Below, in pieces: positions 1-12,750 of a stretch of DNA of 64,000 nucleotides. The position numbers and the translations under genes are program-made. Every line of letters starts with the position of its first letter. Positions within the stretch are counted from its first letter, which is position 1. The DNA is taken from the NCBI GenBank assembly GCA_951406725.2, contig OX597815.1, forward strand, positions 130,324,001 to 130,388,000, given 5' to 3'. The notes beneath the pieces are model-generated. The model made no database searches, had not been told where the DNA came from, and saw nothing but the letters and a program-made list of their open reading frames with translations. The stretch comes from Octopus vulgaris (taxonomy: Eukaryota).

Positions 1-316
1 AGAGTTATCTCCCTTAGTATTTTTAGAAACATTTCATTTTTGTTGTAGGTACTCATCTTCAGAGTAAGTTTTGTCTATTAATTGCAATGATATATAACCC
101 CAGAAGTTTTTCAAGCTATATGAGACATAATCGTGTGTGTATTTAGTATGCAGAACGCTACCCTGTTGTTGATATTGTCAGAAGTACTTGATCCATGTTA
201 CTAAATCTGGTGACAATGATATTAAATTAGTGTAAATAAATCCTATATACTGTACTACTGTTGTAGGTTTGTCTCTGCCCACTAAGCTACTTGGGTTTTG
301 TTGTATCCTGATAAGT

Positions 317-432
317 TTATCGACCCCGAAAGGATGAAAAGCAAAATCGACCTCGGTGGAATTTGATTTCAGAACGTGAAGACGGATGAACTACTGCTGT
401 GCGTTTTATTCGAAAGGCTAACGATTCTGTCA
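317..432 (-). mobile_element. tRNA-derived SINE (family A) fragment
   Basis: Reverse complement of the motif gttctgagttcaaattccgccgaggtcgactttgcctttcatcctttcggggtcgataaa, which recurs many times in the window. Confidence 0.75.
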
Positions 433-551
433 AAATATGTTCCGAAGGGACATAACTGTGAAAGTAAAAGAAGAAAAAAATGTTAACGACCTGGCTGTCC
501 ACTCCGGTAACTGAAGGTGATGTATTTTGATACCAATTTACAAATATGTAT

Positions 552-815
552 CTAGTTGAGTAAAACGTAAGCAACGTTTTGAACAATGAAGAATTTGTAC
601 CGGATTTTTGCAGAGTTTAATTTTTTTTAATGCATTTTTTTGCAATTGTCTGATAATATAGAGTTGCACTTGCCAAATTGCATCAATAAATTAACATTGA
701 TATTTTTATCACCGTTGTTACAATAATCTGAAATGGAGCTGTCAAAGCGCAATATTCGAGCAATTTTGCTATTCAACTTCAAAAAAGGATGTAAAGCAGC
801 TGGAACTGCTCGCGA
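552..815 (+). mobile_element. Mariner transposon 5' fragment (N-terminal HTH of transposase)
   Basis: ORF from 733 begins MELSKRNIRAILLFNFKKGCKAAGTAR, resembling the Mos1-type N-terminal HTH; it is truncated by LINE sequence at about 815. The 5' boundary is approximate. Confidence 0.6.
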
Positions 816-1073
816 GAGACCTCACTCTCCAGTTGGTCCACTTGGCAATCCCCACACAGACCAGATTACTGAGAATCCCAAAGAATGTGCAGAAATCATT
901 GCTGGATGCTATGCAGGCATCTTTACTGTTAAAGATCAAAATGTTCCATTTCCATCACCTCTGACACCGGACTCTATATCTACTATGAAATTTACACCAG
1001 CAATGCTACAACGCCACCTTAAGAATAAACGCAACTATGCCTCTCCTGGTCTCGATGGTGTTACATGCCTAAT

Positions 1074-3583
1074 TTTAGTGAATCTTGCAAGCATGCATTG
1101 TCCATTTTTCACATCCTACAGTATGCAATTATGACGACAAATTTTTATCGTTACAACTGCTGATTCAGACATTTCATAATATTGTTTACTAATTAATCTT
1201 AACCGCCACAATTGGTGACCCTCGACTTCAACAAAAACTTTATCGTTACAACTGGTGACCCCGAACAAGAGCATTGCAGCCTTCCCAAGAATTAACCGCA
1301 ACAACTGTCGACTCCGTGAAAAAAAGAATCGCTGCCTTCTAAAGATTCATCATCGATAAACTGGCGACCCCGACGTTGCACCATAACAGGCATCGCTACA
1401 AAAATTAAACTTCATCGCTTACAATTGGTGAACCCGTGTAAAGAGAATTGATACCTTCCAATGCTACATGCCGCTGCATTTTTTACTGATTCGAACTAAA
1501 GAACTAGAATATCTAGTTCGCTAAACCAAAGAAAAAGAATGACAACCTTCGTAACCACCAGGATGCACTCTCCATCGACCTGCTACAGAAAGTACTATAC
1601 TGCGATGCAATCAACGATGCACTTCACCACAATGCAACACTGCACAAGGAAATCGGCGACCATGAAAGCCTATAAACGCAACATTTTGACAGCTACATGC
1701 CCAGAAACTAACTGGAAGAAAATACGGAAGCCCGCACATGCAACCTTTTCGGCACACATACGCTTTTCGTCTCGTCCCGACGTACAAACCCTGCATTGTC
1801 TATGAACTTTTGCACGTACATAAGACTCACATAGACTTTCAACAACTCTTTTTCTTAGCATGCACATCTTTTCACTTTCAGCTGTAGACTTTTAACAAAG
1901 GACACTATTTTCAGCTAAGTTTGTTATTTCGCTTATTTTATTGTTCTGTTTGCACTGCACACTTTCAATTGTTTACGAGTTACACATATTCCTCGATGGA
2001 CACATCACATTCCGTGAAGCACAAATACCGCGATACACATATTCCGCGAGGCACATATTCCGTAATGCACATTCCGCGATACACAGATTCCGCGATGCAC
2101 ACATTCCGCGATGCATAAATTCTGCGATGACTCGTTCACTAAAACTGCTAAATTCCTGTGCATATCTTTTTGAATGTTCTTTATTATTATTCATATTTTG
2201 CATGTACTTTATTTTATTCGCTTTGAAAATGTTTGTATTGTTGCATACACACACCTTTCCTCAGCGCCTGGCCTTGCGCACGCATCTGCACACATGGTTA
2301 ATACACCCACAAATGCTATCTCTGTCACATTCATACGCCACACATGCCTTTCTCGATTGTTTTCCATGCTCAATGCGCCCTTGTAGACACAACTCATCTC
2401 TGTAAGATCCTAGGTCGGTCACGCATACATAGAGAAAGTTGTTTGTCCTTTACAACGCTCCAGCATGCCAAACTTTAGTTCCTGCACGATCGAGGCATAT
2501 AATAGCTCAAGTACTGGTTGGCAGCCTCAGCCTTACTACATTAATCACTGGCATATTCAATACTGTACACTGTATTTCAGCCTAGCAAGCACTCATGCAC
2601 ATGCACCTCTGTTCTGCACGTCTACTCCCTTGTTTTGCAACACGTCTGCGTCAGCTCAATTCTTCTCCCGACTCAAAGCACGTCGGATGTTCACATGCGC
2701 TGCGCTCATGTTTAGGCATAATTTCCCCCTGTTAGACCCCCGTTTGGTCACGTAATTAACAGAGAAAATTATCTGTCTCGCGCATCACTCCAGCATGCTT
2801 ACACAGTCGCCCTTGCTAACTCAGCAATTAATCACGACAACAGCACCAGACGCATTTCACTGCTGAAAAACATTTACCATGCATTTCTTTCTCTCTTTCG
2901 ATCGTTCGTTTCCTTTCCCGGAACCTCACTGGCGAGGGGAGTGATGTAGTGAATCTTGCAAGCATGAAGTGGATTCCATCGACCATAGCCAAATTTAAAT
3001 TAACACTGCAACAGAACTTTTCCCACGGTGGAACAATGGTTTTTCTCTGACAGCAGCTTTACATTTTCCAGATGCCTTTAGCTAGGCTGAAATAATGTCT
3101 TCACCACTTGACCCTTTCTAACCTCTTCTACTTCACCAAAAGCTACAATAGAGATAACAAGACCACCAACTAAATCTATTGTTCTCAATGATATGTCTAT
3201 CCTTCTGGATAGTTATAAAAGCAAGAAACACCCCAAGCAAAAATCAGTCGGTGACGACTCAACCAGCTAGAACCTTGGTCAGAGGGAGAAATGAAGTTTA
3301 CTATCAGCAACTATGAGACAACGTCCCACACCCTACAACTCTCACTAGCCCTAATTCTGTTCTCTTAACACATCATTCTATCTCTCTCGGTAATTACTAC
3401 TAAACAATGAAGAGGACACAAACACAAACTTTACTTCACATGCTTTTGGATTTATCTTAACCTGCCAGTCGAGGCAGGGTATTGTAATGTAACGGTAAAT
3501 AAATATTTCCTTAAAACTTCATGCATTGCCCATCTTTCACATTCTACCGTATGCAATTATAACAACAAATTTTTATCCTTACA
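1074..3583 (+). mobile_element. Non-coding (non-autonomous) LTR retroelement
   Basis: 3' LTR 2945-3583 (TGTAGTGAATC...CCTTACA) is preceded by PPT ggcgaggggagtga. The 5' LTR 1074-1155 matches both ends of it with an internal deletion. tRNA-Trp-type PBS motifs follow. 4-bp TSD taat/tact (1 mismatch). No retroviral ORF inside. Confidence 0.85.
1980..2130 (+). repeat. ~16-bp tandem repeat (cacatattccgcgatg), about 8-9 copies, inside the LTR element
   Basis: Directly visible degenerate units. Confidence 0.85.
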
Positions 3584-4652
3584 TACTTTTTAAACGCGGT
3601 GGGTACTTTCTTCTGAACCAACTTTTACTATTCTTTCAATTCTGTCTTGACAATGGTGCTACTCCAGAGCAGTGGAAAACTGCCAGTGTTATCCCTCTGT
3701 TCAAAAAACGTGATCGCACATCGCATGTCAACTATCGCCCCGTCAGTCTTACTAGCTGCATCGCCAAATGAATGGAATCCTGTGTCAGAGAAACCATCTG
3801 GAACTTCTGGAAATCTCAAAGCCTCATCCGGCCGTCACAATTTGGATTTATTCCTAACTCCAGCTGCTGTAATCAACTAGTCGAATTTCTCGAGGACATT
3901 CCCCGAATCACTAATGGCATCTCCTGTGTGGATGTTGTTTACCTGGACTTTGCTAAGGCTTTTAATTCTGTGCCATACAAAAGACTTATGGTGAAACTCT
4001 CTGCAGTGGGTGTAAGAGATGATCTCTATAACTGGTTGATGTCCTTCATTATCGGCCGAAAAGAGGCTGTCACATTTCTAGGACAGCACTCTTCAACCTA
4101 TGAGATGACATCTGGTGTACCACAGGGATCTGTTCTTGGTCCCCTTTTATTTGTTGCATATATTAATGACATATATGCCAACTTAAAGAATGCGACAGTG
4201 CTGAAATATGCAGATGACATCAAGCTTTACTTTGAATAAAGAGGACAGATCCTGTACACTATAGATCTTTATTACAAACAGACCTGGACACAATGCAGCA
4301 ATGGATCATGGACTGGCAACTCAAGCTGGCTGTGGATATATGTACCACCATGCATTTTGGGAGGAAAAACCCAAAGTCTACTTACTCCCTCCACAACACT
4401 AATCTCAAAAAGTCTTCTTGTGAACGTGACCTTGGTATTATTGTCGACGGCGATTTGTGTTGGACAAAACACATTGCTAAAATTGCCAAGACGGCTGAGG
4501 GTGTCTTGGCATCACTTACCACTCCGGCTATCTATCTGAGGCTTTATATAGCTATGGTGCGGCCTCGCCTGCAATTTGCATCACCGGTCTGGAATCCCTA
4601 TCTTGCCCAGGATATTAATCGTCTGGAAACTGTTCAGCGACGTTCAACCAAG

Positions 4653-4737
<85 letters not shown>

Positions 4738-4968
4738 CATACATACATACATGCATGCATACATACATACATACATACATACATACATACATACATACAT
4801 ACATACATACATACATACATACATACATACATACATACATACATAGATATCAACGGCACCTAACATTGGATCCATTATAGCAGCGTCAAATGCATTCAGA
4901 ATGAACAGATATAACTCACACACCACAAATCAATAAATAAATAGATACATAAAGAAATAGATAGGTAA

Positions 4969-5030
<62 letters not shown>
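4653..5030. repeat. (GATA)n/(CATA)n microsatellites
   Basis: Direct reading: 4653-4843 and about 4970-5030. Confidence 0.95.
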
Positions 5031-5032
<2 letters not shown>

Positions 5033-5189
5033 AAAATAATAACAATGATAATAAGAAAACTAGTACAACACCGCAAATACTCTGGAATATAACATATGTG
5101 AGGGAGATGAAACTGACAGACCTAGTTTAACTCCAGATAGGTATCTTAGTAATAATACTAACAATAAGCAGAATGCAAATGAATCTAAC

Positions 5190-5570
5190 AGGGACGGATG
5201 CAACTTCAAAATACGTTGTAAATGTCCAATATAAGGCAACAACTGCAGATTTAACGTTGTTTATAAATGTATGATCCTTAACAAAGAACAAAATTCTATC
5301 AAGATATACACTGGTTCCACCGTCAACTTTAAACGCCGATACATAGTCCACTTAAACTCTTTTAAATCTGCTAAAAATAATGAATCTACCACACTAGCTA
5401 ACCACATTGTGCCACATGATATTACTTTGTCATCGATACTTGAGTACCATAGCAAGACACAAAGGTTAGCTGTGCTCAAAAAATCTATACAGATTGTTAC
5501 ATAACCCACCTTAATCACTGAACAAAATGATGCGTTTACTACGCGTGTTCACATATTCCGATTTCATTAC
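5190..5570 (+). pseudogene. Penelope-like element GIY-YIG endonuclease remnant
   Basis: GCNFKIRCKCPI*GNNCRFNVVYKC...KIYTGSTVNFKRRYIVHLNSF...STTLANHI: Cys-rich linker plus VVY/YxG...FKxR..H pattern typical of Penelope-like (Neptune-type) endonucleases. Confidence 0.8.
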
Positions 5571-6267
5571 AAACCTAAGAGTTCTGAATCTCTCTACACA
5601 GTTCTCACAAAAACTAGATGTACATCATATGCCTATTTAATTTAATCTGCAGTTCACCATTTTAGTCCTCATCTTTTGCCATGGTTATCCTTTTATAAAC
5701 TTCTCTGAAATCCTTAGTTGCTTCCCCTATCCTAAATTCACCACTTACTCGAACTGCATGACTTCATATTCCATAATTCATTTTATTTTTATCTACATTC
5801 TGCTCGTATTCTCAACACAATGATTTTACTAAATATTATTTCCTAGCAAACATATTATATTTTACCAACTACTTATAGGTATTCTCAGCTAATGTATAAA
5901 TTTTTCCTATACCAACATTTAATCATATTCATACTTTTCATTGAACTTACATTTCTAAATATTAATTGCTTGTCATTACAATGAGTAAGTTCTTTATTCT
6001 GGTTACTATCAACAGACGCATACATCTAAAGCACATTCAGAACGCCCGTTCGGTATTCTATAGGTTATAAACTTATGAACTTGAATCTTGTTAGCTGATT
6101 TATAACCGTATTTTTGCCGAATGAAACAACCCTAGTACTTTTTTTAAAGTCTGATGCGTATTCTATCGGTATCGTTTGCCGAACCACTAAGTTACGGGAT
6201 ATACACAAACCAACACCGGTTGTCAAGCGCTGGTAGTGGATAAATTCATACACACACACGCAGAGAA

Positions 6268-6269
<2 letters not shown>

Positions 6270-6350
<81 letters not shown>

Positions 6351-6415
6351 GTATGTCTGTATGTATGTATGTATGTATGTATGTATGTATGTATGTATAT
6401 ATATACATATATATA
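6270..6415. repeat. Compound tetranucleotide microsatellite (TATC/TGTC/TATG)
   Basis: Direct reading. Confidence 0.95.
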
Positions 6416-6627
6416 CAGACCCTATAGGGTTCAAGAAGTCTTTGGACAGATTCCTTCAAGAAATCCCGGATAAACCTCCTACACCCGGATATGTCTCTGT
6501 AAACAATAACTCTCTACTTGAGTGGGCCATAGTGCCCAAATTCTGACTTGAAAGACTTCAACCAGGTGGTGCTATTAAGTTAGACATGGCCTGGGCCAAT
6601 AATGGCCGAAACCTATCAAAGTATCAA

Positions 6628-6630
<3 letters not shown>
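6415..6630 (+). mobile_element. LINE 3' end (CR1-like) with 3' UTR and tatcaaag tail
   Basis: FKKSLDRFLQEIPDKP C-terminus followed by a UTR; a second copy lies at about 60700-61075. Confidence 0.7.
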
Positions 6631-6681
<51 letters not shown>

Positions 6682-6744
6682 TGTATGTATGTATGTTTAT
6701 ATATATATGTATGTATGTACACACACACACATATATATATATAT

Positions 6745-7194
6745 ACGTAAAGTATACTAGCCATCTCAATATGGCTAACCACAAAGGGTGGGTGTTACTG
6801 TAGCTTTTAGCCCCCGGAGATCATCGTCTCCAGCTGGCTTTAGGCACACTTTTTGTGCTCTTATGATATTTGCAAAGGGAGGTCATCTCTCTCTCGTAAA
6901 CCTAAGTGATACGCACGGACTGCAGTTTCGAGGTATTTGCCTCTTGTCAACGTACGGTAATCACCGGTTTTCGATGAAGAGAGACCTGATTGCGAATATC
7001 TATATAATGCTTTTCCCAGTCCGTGCGTATCACTTAGGTTTACGAAAGAGGGATGACCTCCCTTTGCAAATATCATAAGGGCACAGAAAGTGTGCCTAAA
7101 GCCAGCTGGACACGGTGATCTCCGGGGGATAAAAGCTACAGTAACACCCACCCTTAGTGGTTAGCCATATTGAGATGGCTAGTATACTTTACGT
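6745..7194. repeat. 178-bp inverted repeat (arms 6745-6922 and 7017-7194), probably an inverted Penelope-like terminal repeat
   Basis: The arms are near-identical reverse complements (mirrored ORFs 6788+ and 7151-); a hammerhead-like motif lies at the inner end. Confidence 0.9.
6905..6965 (-). ncRNA. Minimal type I hammerhead ribozyme-like motif (core mutated)
   Basis: Minus strand: ggtgattaccgtacg-TTGACAA-gagg caaata cctc-GAAAC-tgca-GTC-cgtgcgtatcact. Stems I and II and a palindromic stem III all pair; CUGANGA carries two transitions. Confidence 0.75.
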
Positions 7195-7757
7195 TGTCGA
7201 GCGGTTACTGTTTACATGTCGTTCAGAGATTTATTATTGCTTATATATATATATATATATATATGAAGGACTTTTGTCAGTTTCCGTCTACCTAATCCAT
7301 AACATTATCTCGCGATCCTCTTGCTTCTCCCTTTCCTCCCCACTCACATTGCACTGACCACCATAGTACTCAGATAGTGGCTAGTAGGTATATTTTATCT
7401 CGTGCGTCACTCTACACTCTGAAACCCTAGACCCATTCTTCACATAATGACCCCTCCTCGGTAGCTAGTCTAGCTAATTGATAATTCTAATTTACTTGTC
7501 TCATATGCTGTTGCTATTTTACACAGGATCTCCTTCACACCATCCCACCTAGCATTCCCCCTACCTACCCACGTCTTTCTATATATCTTACTCTTAAACG
7601 TCGTATATCAACTCCCTTGTCATGTTTGTTAGCTTCTATTTATCTTATTATTATTATTATGACATTGTATTCTCTGCCGCTCTTCCTTTAATTCCATCCC
7701 TGTACATCGCTCACTACTAGTAGATCATTACTTCCTGTTAAGGGCTCTATCTCGTTC

Positions 7758-7852
7758 TTCCTCCGAAGATGGAATATGTCGCAAACTGGCTGACGATCGT
7801 TTGTAGAGAAATGCAGCATCTGCACACCTATTCTCGAAACAGCTGTAAGTAA
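7758..7852 (+). ncRNA. Hammerhead ribozyme-like motif with extended stem II
   Basis: ttcct-CCGAAGA-tggaata...tattctc-GAAAC-agct-GTA-agtaa; palindromic stem III ACAGCTGT. Confidence 0.55.
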
Positions 7853-8451
7853 TTATCTGCTCCCCTTCTGCCTTTTCTTCTTTCTGCTCATCCATCTTTC
7901 GATTTTACGTACGATAACCAGTTTTACATAATATCAATAATTCGAACATACCGGGTTGCTGTTACGTGAGAATACTAGCATATACCATGACCATTCAGAA
8001 TATTCTTCAGTTTATCTTTTATCGACCTCTTGTGATCCACACTCCTGTAACAATTCAACCCCCACGTTTAAATATATGTCATAATCCTGCTGCTTTTCGT
8101 ATGTATGCGCTTGCAACGAACATCTCGATGTAGTTGCTTGTCAAGATTACTAGAAGTTACATAGCCCTCAAATCACATTCTACTGTTTTGAGCTTGTTTA
8201 TATGTGTGATGCATCGAGTGATATTTCTAGAACGTAGATAGACGTGTTATAAATAGCAACCAAATCGCTCATGTTGCATGCAACCTTCGTCGAACAGAAC
8301 ACTTTGGATAATGTAGTTTGGGTTCCCAAGACTTCAGGTCTGATGCTGGTTTTTGTTTCATTTTTAGCATTTTGGGCCACTTTTTTCATCAGTTGTTTCT
8401 CTGACTTGGCCACATCATGATGAGCTCCTTCCCCGTTTATTTTAAATTTAT

Positions 8452-8795
8452 TTCTTTTTATTGTTTCAGCCATTGGACTGCAACCATGTTGGGACACCAC
8501 TTTGAGCAAATCGATCGCCATGCTAATTTTAAATTCTGGTACTTATTTTGTCTTAGTGTTATTGCCGAAATGCTAAGTTACGGAGATATAAACAAACCAA
8601 CACCGGGTGTCACGTGGTGAGGTGGAGGTGAACAAAGACACACACACACACAGGTATACGTCAGTTTTCCATACAGTTTCTATCCACCAAATTTGACCCG
8701 GAGCTATAATAGAAAACCACTTGCCGCACAGTAGGACTGAACTCGAAACCACGGGTTTACAAAGAGAACTACTTAACCATACAGCCATGCCTGCA
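8452..8795 (-). mobile_element. tRNA-derived SINE (family B), degenerate
   Basis: Reverse-complement similarity to the full copy at 14412-14813. Confidence 0.75.
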
Positions 8796-10278
8796 CTCCT
8801 TCTTTTAAATCTAAAAATTTTAGTTCTTAAATTCGCTTACTGTTATTTTCCTTTGTCGTTTACTCAATGTTTCTTCTGTTATATTAACACTTGTACCGTT
8901 CAGAACATAAAGAATTCCTTGTGCTCATTCAAGTCCTAAGTGACTACACTTGCATACGATAGAAAATGAAGAACTCGTATTCTATTTTTAACTGAAGTCT
9001 GAATGATCGCATCTTTTCAATAGCCTTTGAAATATCAATTATGCGTGCAGCATGAATGAAATCAACATTTTCAAGTAATTTAACTCTCTCTCCCTCCCAC
9101 TCTCTTCGTGGAGCATATGTTCTCACTATTGTGTATTTCTCCATCGAGTTGTCTTTCAAAAATACCCCAGTGAACTGTTAGCGTGGGAAGTCGCTAATAA
9201 AACTTCAACACTTTAATAACTGGACTGAATTAATCCACTATGAAATATTACCTCTGTACAGTAAAAGACAATAACACTGATCTTGTGTGAATAGCTTTAT
9301 GTTCAAGGTTTTATTCCCACATGTGATAAATGAACACGTACAAGGAGTATACAATGTTGAATAAAGATTTCTGGGAAGAAGAAAGGTTTTGAACATCTTG
9401 CCATGTTCCATGATGACTTTAAGGAAATAGAAATAAATCAAGCTTCGAGATTTACTTTCTACAGGCACTAGACATAGACTACCAAGATGAGCTATTGGTA
9501 GGAAATCAGAAATCGAATTCATGTGCCTGGCTCTCTCTAGGTCGCGGTGGACTACTGTCATATCTCGAAGAAGCAGTAGAGAAGAGAGGCTGATTTATGC
9601 GGGAATGCCGCTTAAATAGGCGATTTGCTACTAGCGACCTCCTACGTAGTATTTTGAAGTTATGCGTAGTATATTAGCAAAAGAGAAGTTAATCATGTTC
9701 GCCTAGAATTTTCTGGAATCTTCAAGAATGTTCGATCAGGAGAGATAACTGTCATTGACTCCCAACGAATATTTTGTGGGCATGCGAATCTGTCTCAATT
9801 AGCGTTGCCTACACACCCATTTTCACTGGGTTATAACAATATAAAATGCATCTTTACAGGGTTATAACAATATAAAATTCATAGATATTCCACACATGTT
9901 CTCTGTATGTAACAAAACTATGAAATATATTTTTCTAGTTTTGCACTGATGCTTAGTTAGACCATCAACAATAAAATATTCATCACTCACGATTTAGATT
10001 GGGAAAATTATAGCGATACTATTTCGTTTTCTTTCTGTTTGTTCTAACCTAACTCAGTCAGACATGAATTAAATTATATATCGGCGTGCCTCACACAGCC
10101 CTAGCACAGCAATTTCGAAAGGAGATGTAAGACCTCGTATAAATGCTAAACTAAATTTACAGCAAGTTAAATTTCTAATGGATAAAAGATGTCTCCCAAC
10201 AATGGCTAAGTTAGCCAGCTACAGTATTCAAGTTTATTTAAGTTATATATATATTGTCTTTTGTTTTTCTGTAAATTT

Positions 10279-10315
<37 letters not shown>

Positions 10316-11444
10316 CGTTATGGTTAAGGTGGAATCAGTGGTCACCAGTGTAACGGTTGTTGCAGATGTACAAGATGGAAGAAGAACAGCAATCGCAGTT
10401 GTAAAGAAATATTTATTTACCGTTTCTTTGAATAATGCCATGCCTCGACGGGCAGGTGTGTGTATTATGTAAAAACAATAGAGTTACCTTTTCTTGTATG
10501 TGGTTGCAGTTTATGTTTGGTCAACTGCTAGCTGCCCAACTAGGAATTAGAGGAAGATAGAGTGAATATTAAGTGTAGGAGGTAGATAAAATGAAACCTT
10601 CATTATGCCTGACATTTAAACAGCAGTGGTGTTGTGATAAGACACTGTATCATAGTTGACATTCTCACTGTAAGCCTTCTCTCAGTTAAATTATCTCACT
10701 AACTGGATTTTGCCTTTGGTCGCCTCTGCGTCATCTCCTTTTTGCCAACTCACTTTTTCCTATGGTGTTTTAGTATTTATAATTATCCAAACTAGTTAGA
10801 AAGAGAGAGACATATTATTGAGAACAATGAATTTCGTTGGCAGTCTGTTATCTCTTTTCTAGCTTTTGGTGAAATAGAAGAGGTTAGAAGGGTCAAGAGG
10901 CAAGGACATTAATCTGCTTAACGAAGGCATCTAACTACTGTCACTCACAGAAAAAAAACTATCGTTTTACTGTGAGAAAAGTGCTGTTGAATTATTAAGG
11001 GAAATTTGGCGATCAAGGATCGAATCTATGCCATGCCTGCATGAAGCTACTACATATAAATATACATATATTCAATGTCGACCTCACTCGGGAAGACACA
11101 TAGCCCGGGTTGGTGACAATGTTAATTATGTAATTATGAATTACGTGGCATGCATAGCAAAGCGTTCAGTGTGAGTTGAACTCACTCTGAACAGTTTAGA
11201 TAAAAGCTATTGCCACAGTTATAATATGTAAAACAGCTTTTGGTATGTACTCATATGTGTGTGTATGAGAGTGTGTGACTAGTCACGCGAACTTGTTAGT
11301 TCTTAATGTATCCTAAATCCGCAAAAGTACTATATTATAGTACTATAATATGCATTTTCATACCCAACAGATTAAAGAAGTTCATGGACCTCGCGTTAAT
11401 ATATGAATCTAATATTCACAACGTTTCTTTCGATTTATTGTTTT

Positions 11445-11615
11445 CAAATTTTGGCACAAAGTCAGCAGATTTAGAGCAGGAGCTAAGTCGATTAAACGGA
11501 CCCCTGTGCTCAACTCGTACTTATTTTATTGATCCCCAGAAGATAAAAGGTAACGGACGAAATATCTCTAAGCATTTTGGCCAGCGTACTAACAACTCTA
11601 TCAGTTCGCCGCCTT
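11445..11615 (-). mobile_element. SINE family A, internally deleted
   Basis: Matches the reverse complement of the head and tail of the copies at 13426-14028. Confidence 0.65.
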
Positions 11616-12337
11616 CTTTTTTCGATTTAGTAAGATCTAAGCTAAAAGCTCATGCACATAGGCAACCCTGTAGCCCTTTTCACAGACTCATTATTTATAA
11701 CCACAAAGATCTGTAGGAGCACTAATTCCCTAAGATTGAACTGTTATCCATCTATGCGTGAAAATTTTAATCAGTCCCAGCTAAGCCTCCAAGAAAGTCA
11801 GACGTAATTTGTCATGTCGCTGTCGGAGCTCAACTCCACCATGTGGACAATATCGAAAGAAGACACACTCTAGAATTAAATAACTATTTATGGACTGTTC
11901 GAGCATTTATCCTGTTCACATTTTACAATATACAGTAACAGTGGTACATGTTATTTATGCAGCATACACCTTCTTCTGGAATTGTGACCCTATAACGAGT
12001 AGCTCAAACTTTTCTTTCGTTCATTAGGACACTGTTATACCACACCTCTGAATGCTATTACCTTGTATGCTGTCAAGCAAACCTTGGTTTAATGCTATTG
12101 TCATTTCCTCAAATTACTATGTTCTACTAAACCTTCTGAACGTTAAATATTGCATTACAAGGTATTATACTAACGCTTTTATAAAAAGTCAGATGTTATT
12201 TTAGTGCCTGTTCACTAAAGATAAAGTCTACCGCTATTTAAAACGATACGTGGATGGGGTATTACAAGGATGACAATTACTTCTTGAGAGAGAAAGATGG
12301 TTCGATGTTACCAGTATCATTGTATCTTTTTGTTTCA

Positions 12338-12750
12338 TCTTTTACTAGTTTCAGTCATTGGACTGCGGCCATGCTGGGGCACCGCCTTGAAGGGTTTTAG
12401 CCGAACAAATCAAACACGATGATTACGTTCTATTTTTTTTTTTGTATTAAGATTGATACTTATTCTATTGACCTGTGTGACCGAACCGCTAAGTTACGTG
12501 GACGTAAACAAACCACCGCCAGTTGCCAAGCGGCGGCATGATGTGAATGTATGACAAATAACACAGAAAGAAAATACACTAACACACAAACACAATGAGA
12601 TCCCACCCAGTTTCCATCTACTAAATTCACTCGCAAGGATTAATCGATCTCGTGCTAGAGTAGAAGACGCTTGCCCATGTACCGCGCAGTGGGATTGAAC
12701 CTGAAACCACGTGGTTGCAAAGTGAGCTTCTTAACCACGCAGCCATACCT
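12338..12750 (-). mobile_element. tRNA-derived SINE (family B)
   Basis: Reverse-complement similarity to 14412-14813. Confidence 0.8.

Larger units (their letters stand above)
816..4652 (+). pseudogene. CR1/L2-group LINE ORF2 (reverse transcriptase), decayed and split by an LTR element at 1074-3583
   Basis: ...SPGLDGVTCL joins in frame to LFKRGGYF...WKTASVIPLFKK...NYRPVSLTS once the insert is removed; also YLDFAKAFNSV, SGVPQGSVLGPLLF, YADD, ERDLGIIVD; contains stops and frameshifts. Confidence 0.9.

Noticed and set aside
733-1134. 133-aa ORF as a novel mariner-LINE fusion gene
   Set aside because: Chance in-frame junction of three TE fragments (mariner, LINE, LTR); no evidence of function
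1141-1440. CRISPR array
   Set aside because: The repeats are degenerate LTR-end/PBS motifs in eukaryotic DNA, and there are no cas genes
9176-12060. Possible further solo LTRs (about 9176-9840, 10311-10614, 11816-12045)
   Set aside because: TG...CA-like ends are present but no TSD or second copy supports them
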